Assembly: GCF_000017945.1 (NCBI RefSeq)
Contig: NC_009776.1
Location: forward strand, 1,140,001-1,172,000
Length of the DNA: 32,000 bases
Reading direction: 5' to 3'
From: Ignicoccus hospitalis KIN4/I
Lineage (GTDB): Archaea > Thermoproteota > Thermoprotei_A > Sulfolobales > Ignicoccaceae
In this document: in pieces, positions 9,022 through 16,968 of the stretch
Layout: each line of letters starts with the position of its first letter
Numbering within the stretch: the stretch's first letter is position 1
Notes under the pieces: generated by a model
Told to the model about the DNA's origin: nothing
Databases searched by the model: none
Seen by the model: the letters and a program-made list of their open reading frames with translations, nothing else
Translations under genes and position numbers: made by a program

Positions 9022-9477
9022 GATTAACTTTTTAGCACAGTACCTTTTCTAAGACCTCCACCTCCCGTACCTCCTGTTCCTCAAACGGTTGTCGCGAGCT
9101 CGAAACCCTTTCGTATTAACCCTCTGTAAAGGTGAACGACGTCTCCCGGTCACGCGTTCGCCTTCCGCTGGCTTCGACGATAATTTAGTCTATTTTTCAC
9201 CCCATCGCTTCCAAACTTTGTTCCGACGCTCGAAGTTTCGCTCCAGAGGTCTCGAAAGGTTTTTCTTAACGGAACGTTCCACCGCTCCCTCGAGTCGCCT
9301 CTTTGGATATCGTAACCGAAAAGCGGACGCGCCCTTAAGTTCTAAAGCTCAAACTCGCTCGCCGCATACCTTTAAGGGCTCGTATTTCACATTCGAATTC
9401 CTCAAGGCGGACGCTTGAAGTCGGAGAACTTGAAGCCTCCCTCAGCGAGGAACGCTTCAAACCGCTTCCTCTGGAGC

Positions 9478-9897
9478 TCAGAGCAGCGCTCGCGTCCCTA
9501 TTATTAGATTGCTAATAGGGCGACGCGCGTCCAGACTCTTAATGTAACTCATCACTTCCAGTGCCGCTTCCTCATTCATTAAGCGTATCCTCTTGTATAA
9601 GGTAAGCAGATCGTAGATAAGCCATATGAAAAAGCCGCCTACGGTTAGGAAAAACAAGAGCTACTTCAACGGCCTTCCTAAGTACAAGTAGTGGAGACCC
9701 ACTATTGGTACGAGTAAGTACGCAAGCCACGTTTTCTTTCTCTTCTTTTTATATACTTCGCTGAACGTCTTGACGCATTCGGCGGGAAGGATTTGGAGCT
9801 CGACCCTCACTGCCGGCGGCAGCTCGTGGAGCAGTCGTCCGAGTTGCTCCTTAATCTTTACTTCCGCCGCGCCCCGCCGTAAGCCCATTAACTCCAC
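9478..9897 (-). pseudogene. TM2-domain membrane protein interrupted by an in-frame TAG
   Basis: Continuous frame ...KTWLAYLLVPIVGLHYLYLGRPLK*LLFFLTVGGFFIWLIYDLLTLYKRIRLMNEEAALEVMSYIKSLDARRPISNLIIGTRALL*(TGA). The TAG at 9661-9663 lies inside the TM2 domain with domain spacing preserved. The track lists only 9661..9897. Confidence 0.75.
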
Positions 9898-10117
9898 TAC
9901 GGGTTAATACGTAGCTGAGTTATTTAGGGTTATTACGATGATGATCCTCGTCAAGATTTCCTTAGAGAGGTAGAAATCGGCTGGGACGGAGGATCCTCTT
10001 CCGAGCGTTCCGAGGGCAGCGCCTCTACGTCGGCGTGGTTCAGTATCCCTAACCCTTTAGGGTCTTGAGGTAAGGTTAGGAGAGCTTTGGGAAGTGGTGT
10101 TAGGTTGTGGGTAAGTG

Positions 10118-10195
10118 TGGTGCCGCCGCCGGGATTTGAACCCGGGTCACGGGCTTGAGAGGCCCGCATACTTGGCCGGACTATACTACGGCGGC
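10118..10195 (-). tRNA. tRNA-Glu(CTC), CCA encoded
   Basis: GCCGCCG/CGGCGGC acceptor, CGGGC-CTCTCAA-GCCCG anticodon arm, CCGGG-TTCAAAT-CCCGG T arm, A discriminator plus CCA. Confidence 0.95.
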
Positions 10196-10253
10196 GCTCT
10201 CCGAGCCTCCGGAGAGGGAATTGGTTTAAAAAATTTTTCGTTATTCGCGGGAG

Positions 10254-10293
10254 CGAAAGTTTTGTGTATACACTGTTGGTGTAAAAACTTTCG
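10254..10293. repeat. Inverted repeat cgaaagtttt ... aaaactttcg with palindrome gtgtatacac inside
   Basis: Arms 10254-10263 and 10284-10293 are perfect 10-nt reverse complements; gtgtatacac (10264-10273) is a perfect palindrome. Confidence 0.9.
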
Positions 10294-10311
10294 AGAGGTA
10301 ACTAAAGGGGG
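10289..10311 (+). promoter_or_regulatory. Candidate origin recognition box (ORB-like) upstream of orc1/cdc6
   Basis: tttcgagaggtaactaaaggggg resembles the crenarchaeal ORB as I recall it (TTTCCAGTGGAAACTAAAGGGGG, 20/23 positions), ending in a G string. Confidence 0.45.
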
Positions 10312-10317
10312 AGCGGG

Positions 10318-11592
10318 GTGAGCAGCGAGCTCTTCGACGAAATATACTCGGGGGGTCACAGGGTCATAAAGAACGAGGAGCTCCTGCACCCGGACACAGT
10401 GCCCCCTAGAATGCCCCACAGGGAGGAGGAACTCAAGAAGTTGGCCTACCTCTTCATGTCCTTGGTTAAGGAACCCGGAGAGACCTTCAACTTCGCGGTT
10501 ATATCGGGGAAGCAAGGGGTAGGCAAGACCCACTCCACAATCTTCTTCTACGAGCACGGACTCGCTAAACATTTAAAAGAGAAACAAGGAAAAGAGATAA
10601 TACTGGCCCATGTGAACTGCTTCAAGAACAGCACTTTGAACTCCATCTTGGCCACGGTATTAAACAGCATGCTGAGGGTCCCTCAGCCCGCCCGGGGGCT
10701 CTCGCCCAAGGAGCAGCTGGACATAATTATGAATAGATTAGAGAGGAAGGATCGCTACATGCTCTTGGTCCTCGACGACTTCCACGTGGCCCTCCAGAGG
10801 CAAGGCGAGTCCTTGACCAACTTCTTCGTCCGCATGTACGAGGACTCCGAGTACAAGAAGAAGAGGGTCCACGTCGTTTTCATAGTTAGAGATTTTGATG
10901 TTATGGAGAGGTACTTAAGCGATCAAAAGGCTAAACTTAACTTGAAGAGTCGCCACATACACTTCGACCCCTACACGAGCTCTCAACTCTTCGACATTCT
11001 GGAAGACAGGGCGAAGCTTGCCCTCTACGAGAGCTCTTACGACGAAGAAGTACTGTGGGAGATCTCTAGGATGATAGGTTACGACGTGAACCCCACTTTG
11101 CCCGACTCCGGGAGCGCGCGGTTCGCTATAGAGATGTTATACTACGCCGCGAGGAACGCAGAAGAGCACGGGAGGAGTCAAATAACGATTGACGACGTTA
11201 GGGTCGCTTGGGGGGTCTTGAGCGAGAGGGGAGGGGACTTGATTAGGATAAGCGAGGCGTTGGAAGACCTTAACGACCACCAGCTCTTGCTGCTCCTCTC
11301 CCTGTTGAACTTGTTGAAGCTGGACCCCGAGGGGGTGCCCATAGGTAGGATAGAGGAGGAGTACAGGGAGGTGTGCGAAGTGGCGGGCGTGGAGCCTAGG
11401 AAGCACACCCAAGTCTACCAGTACGTGACGGACATGGAGAAGAAAGGCATCGTAGACAGGATCGTGGGTAAGGTGAAGAACTCAAAGGGGAGGTCCTCCA
11501 TAATAAGCGTGAGGTACCCTCCGGACGCCATGAGGAGGAGAGTCCTCGAGATACTTAAGAGGAGGGGGTACAACGTTGCGCATCTCGCGTGA
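10318..11592 (+). CDS. Orc1/Cdc6 family replication initiator (AAA+ plus winged helix)
   Basis: Walker A SGKQGVGKTHS, Walker B-like LLVLDDFH, C-terminal wHTH-like region with YQYVTDMEKKGIV; adjacent to mcm. Confidence 0.88.
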   Translation: MSSELFDEIYSGGHRVIKNEELLHPDTVPPRMPHREEELKKLAYLFMSLVKEPGETFNFAVISGKQGVGKTHSTIFFYEHGLAKHLKEKQGKEIILAHVNCFKNSTLNSILATVLNSMLRVPQPARGLSPKEQLDIIMNRLERKDRYMLLVLDDFHVALQRQGESLTNFFVRMYEDSEYKKKRVHVVFIVRDFDVMERYLSDQKAKLNLKSRHIHFDPYTSSQLFDILEDRAKLALYESSYDEEVLWEISRMIGYDVNPTLPDSGSARFAIEMLYYAARNAEEHGRSQITIDDVRVAWGVLSERGGDLIRISEALEDLNDHQLLLLLSLLNLLKLDPEGVPIGRIEEEYREVCEVAGVEPRKHTQVYQYVTDMEKKGIVDRIVGKVKNSKGRSSIISVRYPPDAMRRRVLEILKRRGYNVAHLA

Positions 11593-11800
11593 AATACTGA
11601 ATAGGCCGACTATGTTAAAGGCGCTCATAGTGTTAAAGGACAGCGGCCCGATGACCCTAAGTGCCTTGAGCCGCGCGCTCGGCACAAACAAGCGAAGGTT
11701 GAAGGTTTACTTGGAGTTCTTAGTGTCAGAGGGCTACGTAGGGGTGGAGGAGTGCTGCGGGGTTAGGACTTACTACCTCAAGGAGGAGATCGAGCTATAG
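11576..11800 (+). CDS. Small winged-helix DNA-binding protein
   Basis: MTLSALSRALGTNKRRLKVYLEFLVSEGYVGVEE wHTH pattern; overlaps orc1/cdc6 by 17 nt; ordinary TAG stop. Confidence 0.75.
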   Translation: MRISREILNRPTMLKALIVLKDSGPMTLSALSRALGTNKRRLKVYLEFLVSEGYVGVEECCGVRTYYLKEEIEL

Positions 11801-13864
11801 CGGGGAGTAACAGGCGGTCTTGGGCTCGTATATCTCGCCTTGGTTGACCATCTGGGTCAGTATTTGCTCTATCTCTTCCTCGTTCAGACCCCTCTTCCTC
11901 GCCTCCCTGACTACCTCCTTCAAGTGCACACAAGTCCCCTTCTCCTTAAACTTCTCTTTGATTATGTCCTTCAATATCAGCCTCTTTTGGCGGTTGCTCT
12001 TGGAAACGCCCACGTATATGGTATCTATGTCTATCCTGCCGGTCTCTACGTCGACCCCAGCCGTACTTAAGAATGCGAGCATCATGCGGACAGCCTCTAT
12101 CGCGTCGGCCTCCTCCACCACGCTTCTGAGGGCCATCTTCGCGTGGGCCTCGCTCATCCTGACCAGAGCTTCCAGCTGCCTCGCTGTTATGGGGACGCCC
12201 ATCTCCGGGTTCTCGGCCGCGGTCTTCCTCAAGTCTACGAAGAAGTTCTCGATTATCCTCGCCGCGGCCTCCGAGAGCTTGGGCTTCACGCTCTTCCGCG
12301 CGTAGGCTATGTACTTCTTCAGCAAGTCCGCCGGTATCTCCGGGACTATCTTGTCGGCCTCCTTGTGTACGTTCAATATGTACCTTACTAACCTCCTATC
12401 CCTCTTCGGGTCAGGGACGTCCCTCAAGACGAATATTAGGTCGAACCTCGAGAGTATGCTCGGGGGCAAGTTTATGTTCTCCGCCACGGACCTCTCGGGC
12501 ACGTAGCGGCCGTACCGGGGGTTGCCCGCCGCGAGCACCGCGCAGCGGGCGTTGAGCTTGGCCACTATTCCCGCCTTAGCTATGGAGACCGTCTGCTGCT
12601 CCATAGCTTCGTGTATGGCCGACCGGTCCTCCTCCCTCATCTTGTCTATCTCGTCTATGACCGCCACTCCGCCGTCCGCCAACACTAAGGCGCCGGCCTC
12701 TAGGTAGTATTCGCCGGTTATGTTGTCCCTAACTACTGCAGCCGTGAGGCCCGCCGCGGTGCTCCCCTTGCCGGTCGTGTAAACGCTCCTCGGCGCTATC
12801 CTAGCTGCGTACTGCAAGAGCTGGGACTTGGCCGTGCCCGGGTCCCCTATTATCAAGACGTGGATGTCGCCCCTTATCCTAGTTCCGTCCTCCAGCTCCT
12901 TCGGTACCCCTCCGAAGAGCGCGAAGGCTATCGCCTCCTTTATGTCCCAGTGGCCGTATATAGCCGGGGCTATGCTCAAGATTATGCTCTTGTGGATCCA
13001 GGGGTCTTTCGAGAGCTCCTTTATTCTTTCGACGTCCTCCGGACTCAAGTGGACGTCTTCCAACACCTTCTGCGAAACCTCTATGTTGTTGGCTATCATC
13101 TTGAAGTCGAAAACCACCATGGAACCTCTCTTGGGCACTCTGTTGGGAACCGCCTCCAAGACGCCTATTACTGTAACCCTATCTCCGGGGCGCGCTACGT
13201 CGACGAGGTCCTTGCCCTCCACTATAACTTCTATGCTCCTAGGCATTTGTCCCGGCGGGAGCTCCTCCGGCTTCTCTTGCACCACTAGGAGCTGCCAGTC
13301 CACGTACTCGTTCTTGGGGTGGTTCTCTAACAAGGTGAAAGGGCCGGTCTTCTTAGGACACTCCGGGTTGGGACAGACGGTAGGGGCTTGGTAGTACTTT
13401 CCCCTCTGCTCGACCGGGAACACCGTCCCGCACGCCTCGCACCGGAAGTAGAGCTTCTTCGGCTTGCCCTTTACGTTGGTCGCCTTCGTAACTATCCCGT
13501 CGAACGCCACTAACTTGCCGACGTACCTCTCTCTAAGGTCTCTGAGCCTCACCTTCTCCGGCAAGTTGGTGAAGCGAACTCTCATCGGGTACTTTTTGTT
13601 TGCAAACGCGCTTGCTATTTCTGTAACTACTTGATCCAGTTTATCTAACGTTTCCAGCGGGTTCTCGACTATCTCTTCGGCCAACTCTTGGTCAAACTCT
13701 ATTACGTCGGTGAAGTCGACTACTACGCTCGCCCTCCTCTCGGCCACGGCGTTCCTTATTTCGTCCTTGTACTTCACTCTCCCGTTTACTTCGTAGGACT
13801 CCAAGAACTCTCTGAACCGCTCCTCGACCGGTAACTTCTCCTCGAGGAAGCCCGCCTCACTCAC
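11795..13864 (-). CDS. mcm: Replicative DNA helicase MCM
   Basis: Zinc motif CEACGTVFP...CPNPEC, Walker A GDPGTAKSQLLQY, GGVAVIDEIDKM, LSRFDLIFVLRD arginine finger. Confidence 0.97.
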   Translation of the reverse strand: MSEAGFLEEKLPVEERFREFLESYEVNGRVKYKDEIRNAVAERRASVVVDFTDVIEFDQELAEEIVENPLETLDKLDQVVTEIASAFANKKYPMRVRFTNLPEKVRLRDLRERYVGKLVAFDGIVTKATNVKGKPKKLYFRCEACGTVFPVEQRGKYYQAPTVCPNPECPKKTGPFTLLENHPKNEYVDWQLLVVQEKPEELPPGQMPRSIEVIVEGKDLVDVARPGDRVTVIGVLEAVPNRVPKRGSMVVFDFKMIANNIEVSQKVLEDVHLSPEDVERIKELSKDPWIHKSIILSIAPAIYGHWDIKEAIAFALFGGVPKELEDGTRIRGDIHVLIIGDPGTAKSQLLQYAARIAPRSVYTTGKGSTAAGLTAAVVRDNITGEYYLEAGALVLADGGVAVIDEIDKMREEDRSAIHEAMEQQTVSIAKAGIVAKLNARCAVLAAGNPRYGRYVPERSVAENINLPPSILSRFDLIFVLRDVPDPKRDRRLVRYILNVHKEADKIVPEIPADLLKKYIAYARKSVKPKLSEAAARIIENFFVDLRKTAAENPEMGVPITARQLEALVRMSEAHAKMALRSVVEEADAIEAVRMMLAFLSTAGVDVETGRIDIDTIYVGVSKSNRQKRLILKDIIKEKFKEKGTCVHLKEVVREARKRGLNEEEIEQILTQMVNQGEIYEPKTACYSPL

Positions 13865-14429
13865 CGATCACCACCCTCTTCCACTGAGATATGTCGCCCT
13901 CCAGCTCGTCCGCGATCACTTGCTCCTCCGGCGTCAGCCTCTCCCTCAAGCTGACGGGAACTTCCCCCTCGTTTATTATCTTAGATATTATCTTCATCAA
14001 CCTCAAATCTATTAATTCCTCCAACTGCGCCTTGATCTTGGTTACCTTCAACAGCTTCTGGGCGAGCTCCTCTACGTCCTTCCCCTCGAAGACAGGGTTC
14101 TTGTACTTGTCAACAACCTCCCTAACCCTCTTGAAGAAGTCTTGAGGGAGTTGGGTCGGCAAGGGGTCGTCCTTCTTCGATTCGAGGAACCTGAACTTGG
14201 CCACTTCCTTAAGTGTCTCGTCCACACCCTTCTCTTTTACGTACTTGGCATAGTTCATGTCAACTAACTTCTTCGCCAGCCAGCGCGGGAGCTCCACCTC
14301 CATGCCCTTACCGAGCTTCAAGAAGGTCTCTCCGTCGAACAAGTCGCTCACTTCTTTCAACAGAATGACCTTGACCCTCTCCTCTAAGTAAAGGTTCCTT
14401 TCCAAACGAAGGGCTACCGTGAGCTTCAT
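13857..14429 (-). CDS. GINS complex subunit Gins23
   Basis: Overlaps and co-oriented with mcm, as in the conserved crenarchaeal gins23-mcm pair; GINS-like sequence with ELPRWLAKKLVDMNYA. Confidence 0.85.
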   Translation of the reverse strand: MKLTVALRLERNLYLEERVKVILLKEVSDLFDGETFLKLGKGMEVELPRWLAKKLVDMNYAKYVKEKGVDETLKEVAKFRFLESKKDDPLPTQLPQDFFKRVREVVDKYKNPVFEGKDVEELAQKLLKVTKIKAQLEELIDLRLMKIISKIINEGEVPVSLRERLTPEEQVIADELEGDISQWKRVVIGE

Positions 14430-14551
14430 TCGCCCCCGCGGGGCCGTAGTACCGGCGCGCCTCTAATCAAGCGGCTGAGGTGTAGCACAACTTTCAGCCC
14501 TTTGACCAGTTATACTCCCGGCGCCGTCGAGAGGCTCGGGGAAAAGGCTCC

Positions 14552-15541
14552 TTGTCCGCTCCGGAAGAGTTGTTGTGGGCAGAGAAGTACAGGCCGAAGA
14601 GCTTAGACGAAATAGTGGATCAAGAGGACATAGTGAGGAGACTGAAGAAGTTCGTAGAGGAGAAGAACGTGCCGCACATGCTCTTCGCCGGCCCTCCGGG
14701 AACGGGGAAGACCACCGCGGCCCTCGCCCTCGCCCACGACCTTTATGGAGAAAAGTATAGGCAATACATCTTGGAACTTAACGCAAGCGACGAAAGAGGC
14801 ATAGACGTTATAAGGACCAAGGTGAAAGAGTTCGCGAGGTCTAGGACCCCTCCCACAGTCCCCTTCAAGTTGGTCATACTGGACGAGGCCGACAACATGA
14901 CCGCCGACGCCCAGCAAGCCCTCAGGAGGCTTATGGAGATGTACTCCACTACCACTAGGTTCATACTGTTAGCTAACTTCCCGAGCAAGATAATTGAGCC
15001 CGTGCAGTCTAGGTGCGTGTACTTCCGCTTCCGCCCCCTGCCTAAGGATAAGGTAATAGAAAGACTCAAGTACATCTGTCAGAAGGAAGGGGTCCAATGC
15101 GAGGAGGACGCTCTGGAGGAGATATACAACATCTCGGAAGGAGACATGAGGAAGGCTATAAACATCCTTCAAGCAGCAGCTGCCTTGGGCAAGGTAACTA
15201 AAGACGCGGTCTATAAGGCCATAGGCTACGTCCATCCGAGCAAGATAAAGGAGATCCTCGAGTATGCCCTCAACGGCGACTTCACCAAGTCCGCTAAGCT
15301 TCTAAGGGACGTCATGATAGAGTACGGCCTCTCCGGGCTGGACGTGCTGAAGATGTTCCAAAGGGAGTTGATGGGCGGGAGCTTCGAGCTTCCGGAAGAG
15401 CTCAAAGTGTTGCTGGCGGACTACGCGGGAGAGGTGCAGTTCAGGCTGGCAGAGGGCGCGGACGACGAGGTCCAGCTACAAGCGTTCTTGGCGAGGCTGG
15501 CCCTGTTGGGCCCTAAGTTCAAGGGAGGTGCTAAGCGTTGA
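14552..15541 (+). CDS. rfcS: Replication factor C small subunit
   Basis: WAEKYRPKSLDEIV, GPPGTGKTTAALA, ILDEADNMT, SRCVYFRF. Confidence 0.97.
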   Translation: MSAPEELLWAEKYRPKSLDEIVDQEDIVRRLKKFVEEKNVPHMLFAGPPGTGKTTAALALAHDLYGEKYRQYILELNASDERGIDVIRTKVKEFARSRTPPTVPFKLVILDEADNMTADAQQALRRLMEMYSTTTRFILLANFPSKIIEPVQSRCVYFRFRPLPKDKVIERLKYICQKEGVQCEEDALEEIYNISEGDMRKAINILQAAAALGKVTKDAVYKAIGYVHPSKIKEILEYALNGDFTKSAKLLRDVMIEYGLSGLDVLKMFQRELMGGSFELPEELKVLLADYAGEVQFRLAEGADDEVQLQAFLARLALLGPKFKGGAKR

Positions 15542-16968
15542 GCGCAGTACCGTGGATAATAAAGTATAGGCCAAAAAGGGTAGAGGACGTTATAGACCAA
15601 GAAAAGGCTAAGGAGGTGTTAATACCTTGGATAAAGAAGTGGCTGAGCGGCACACCTCCGGAGAAGAGGGCCGCCCTGTTGTGGGGTCCTCCGGGCGTGG
15701 GAAAGACTAGCTTGGTCGAGGCTATATGCAACGAATTCAACTTAGAAAAAATTGAGATGAACGCTAGCGACTTCAGGAGGAAAGGAGATATAGAGCGCGT
15801 AGCCATAGCCGCCGCCACCAAGAAGCCCTTGCCGCCTTGGAAGGGGCGCTTGATCTTGTTAGACGAGGTGGACGGGCTCTCGCCCAGGGGGGACGAGGGG
15901 GCCGTCGCGGCTATACTGGAATTAATAAAGAAGACGAAGAACCCTATCGTAATGACGGCCAACGACCCGTGGGGGACTCACCTAAGGCCGATAAGGGAGG
16001 AGAGCTTGTTGGTCGAGTTCAAAAGGATACCCAAGACCAAGGCCCGCGAGTTCTTACTAAAAATATGCGAAAAGGAGGGCGTTTATTGCGAGAAGGAGGC
16101 TGTGGACTACATCATAGAAAAGAACAAGGGAGACTTGAGGGCGTCGATCAACGACTTACAATCCATCGCTGAAGCCTACGGCAAGGTAACCTTAGACTTG
16201 GCGAGCGCCTTGTTGGTCGAGAGGGACAGGGTGCTAACTCCTTGGGAGATGCTGCAGAGCTTGTTCTACTCCAAGTACTCTTGGCAAGCTAGGAAGGCCG
16301 TAACGAGTACCGACTTGGACTACGACACCCTATTCTTGTGGATAGCTGAAAACGTCCCCAAGCAGTACGGCGACGACCCTTACGACTTATGGAGGGGAAT
16401 GGAAGCAGTTTCGAGGGCGGACGTGATATACGGCAGGATAAGGAGGACTATGAACTGGTCCTTGTTACCCTACTTCTTCAACGCCTTGGGCCCCGGGGTG
16501 GCGCTCGCCAAGACCAAGTACCACAAGAGGGCAAGGTGGAGCTACCCGGAGAAGATAGTGCTGTTGGCGAGGACTAAGGAAGAGAGGAGGGTCAGGGACG
16601 AGCTCGCCTCTCACTTGGCGCTCTTGACGCACTCCTCCAAATCCTACGTGAGGAGGGAAATAATACCTATGTTGCAGTTCATCGCCCAAGTGAACCCGAA
16701 CTACTTCGCGCGGCTGGCGCTGGGCCTCCGCTTGAGCGACCCTATGATAAAGTACTTAGCAAAGAGTAAGTATCAATTAGTAAAGAAGTACGTAGAAGAG
16801 TTGAAGAGTTCCAGAACGGTAAAGGCGGAAGAACAAACCAAAGCGAAGGAGGTGGTAAAGGAACTCAAGAAAGAGTACGAGAAGGGCACGAAGAAGGGGA
16901 AGGGCGAGAAGAGGCGGAAGGGCTCGGACGAGGGCTCGGGCTTGCTGAAGTGGCTCAAGAAAGATTGA
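15538..16968 (+). CDS. rfcL: Replication factor C large subunit
   Basis: IKYRPKRVEDVIDQ, WGPPGVGKTSL, LLDEVDGLS; overlaps rfcS by 4 nt. Confidence 0.96.
   Translation: MSAVPWIIKYRPKRVEDVIDQEKAKEVLIPWIKKWLSGTPPEKRAALLWGPPGVGKTSLVEAICNEFNLEKIEMNASDFRRKGDIERVAIAAATKKPLPPWKGRLILLDEVDGLSPRGDEGAVAAILELIKKTKNPIVMTANDPWGTHLRPIREESLLVEFKRIPKTKAREFLLKICEKEGVYCEKEAVDYIIEKNKGDLRASINDLQSIAEAYGKVTLDLASALLVERDRVLTPWEMLQSLFYSKYSWQARKAVTSTDLDYDTLFLWIAENVPKQYGDDPYDLWRGMEAVSRADVIYGRIRRTMNWSLLPYFFNALGPGVALAKTKYHKRARWSYPEKIVLLARTKEERRVRDELASHLALLTHSSKSYVRREIIPMLQFIAQVNPNYFARLALGLRLSDPMIKYLAKSKYQLVKKYVEELKSSRTVKAEEQTKAKEVVKELKKEYEKGTKKGKGEKRRKGSDEGSGLLKWLKKD

Noticed and set aside
9089-9418. 109-aa plus-strand ORF starting with TTG
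   Set aside because: Atypical Ser/Arg/Phe composition compared with neighbouring genes and no recognisable motif; kept only as part of the unexplained-gap finding.
6807-9897. Pyrrolysine or selenocysteine encoding as the default explanation for the in-frame TAGs
   Set aside because: TAG serves as a normal stop in several other ORFs, no pyl genes or CUA-anticodon tRNA are visible here, and selenocysteine uses TGA. It remains only as a genome-wide test.
9951-10321. Minus-strand ORF 9951..10169 and plus/minus ORFs with MWCRRRDLNPGHGLERP-type peptides across 10115..10321
   Set aside because: They overlap tRNA-Glu; RRRDLNPG-like peptides are a well-known artefact of translating tRNA genes.
11820-13394. 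Several plus-strand ORFs across mcm (11820, 11840, 12143, 12309, 12522, 12828, 12860)
   Set aside because: Ser/Thr/Pro/Leu-rich antisense frames of a clear MCM gene; the same pattern appears opposite hel308, trpS and atpA.
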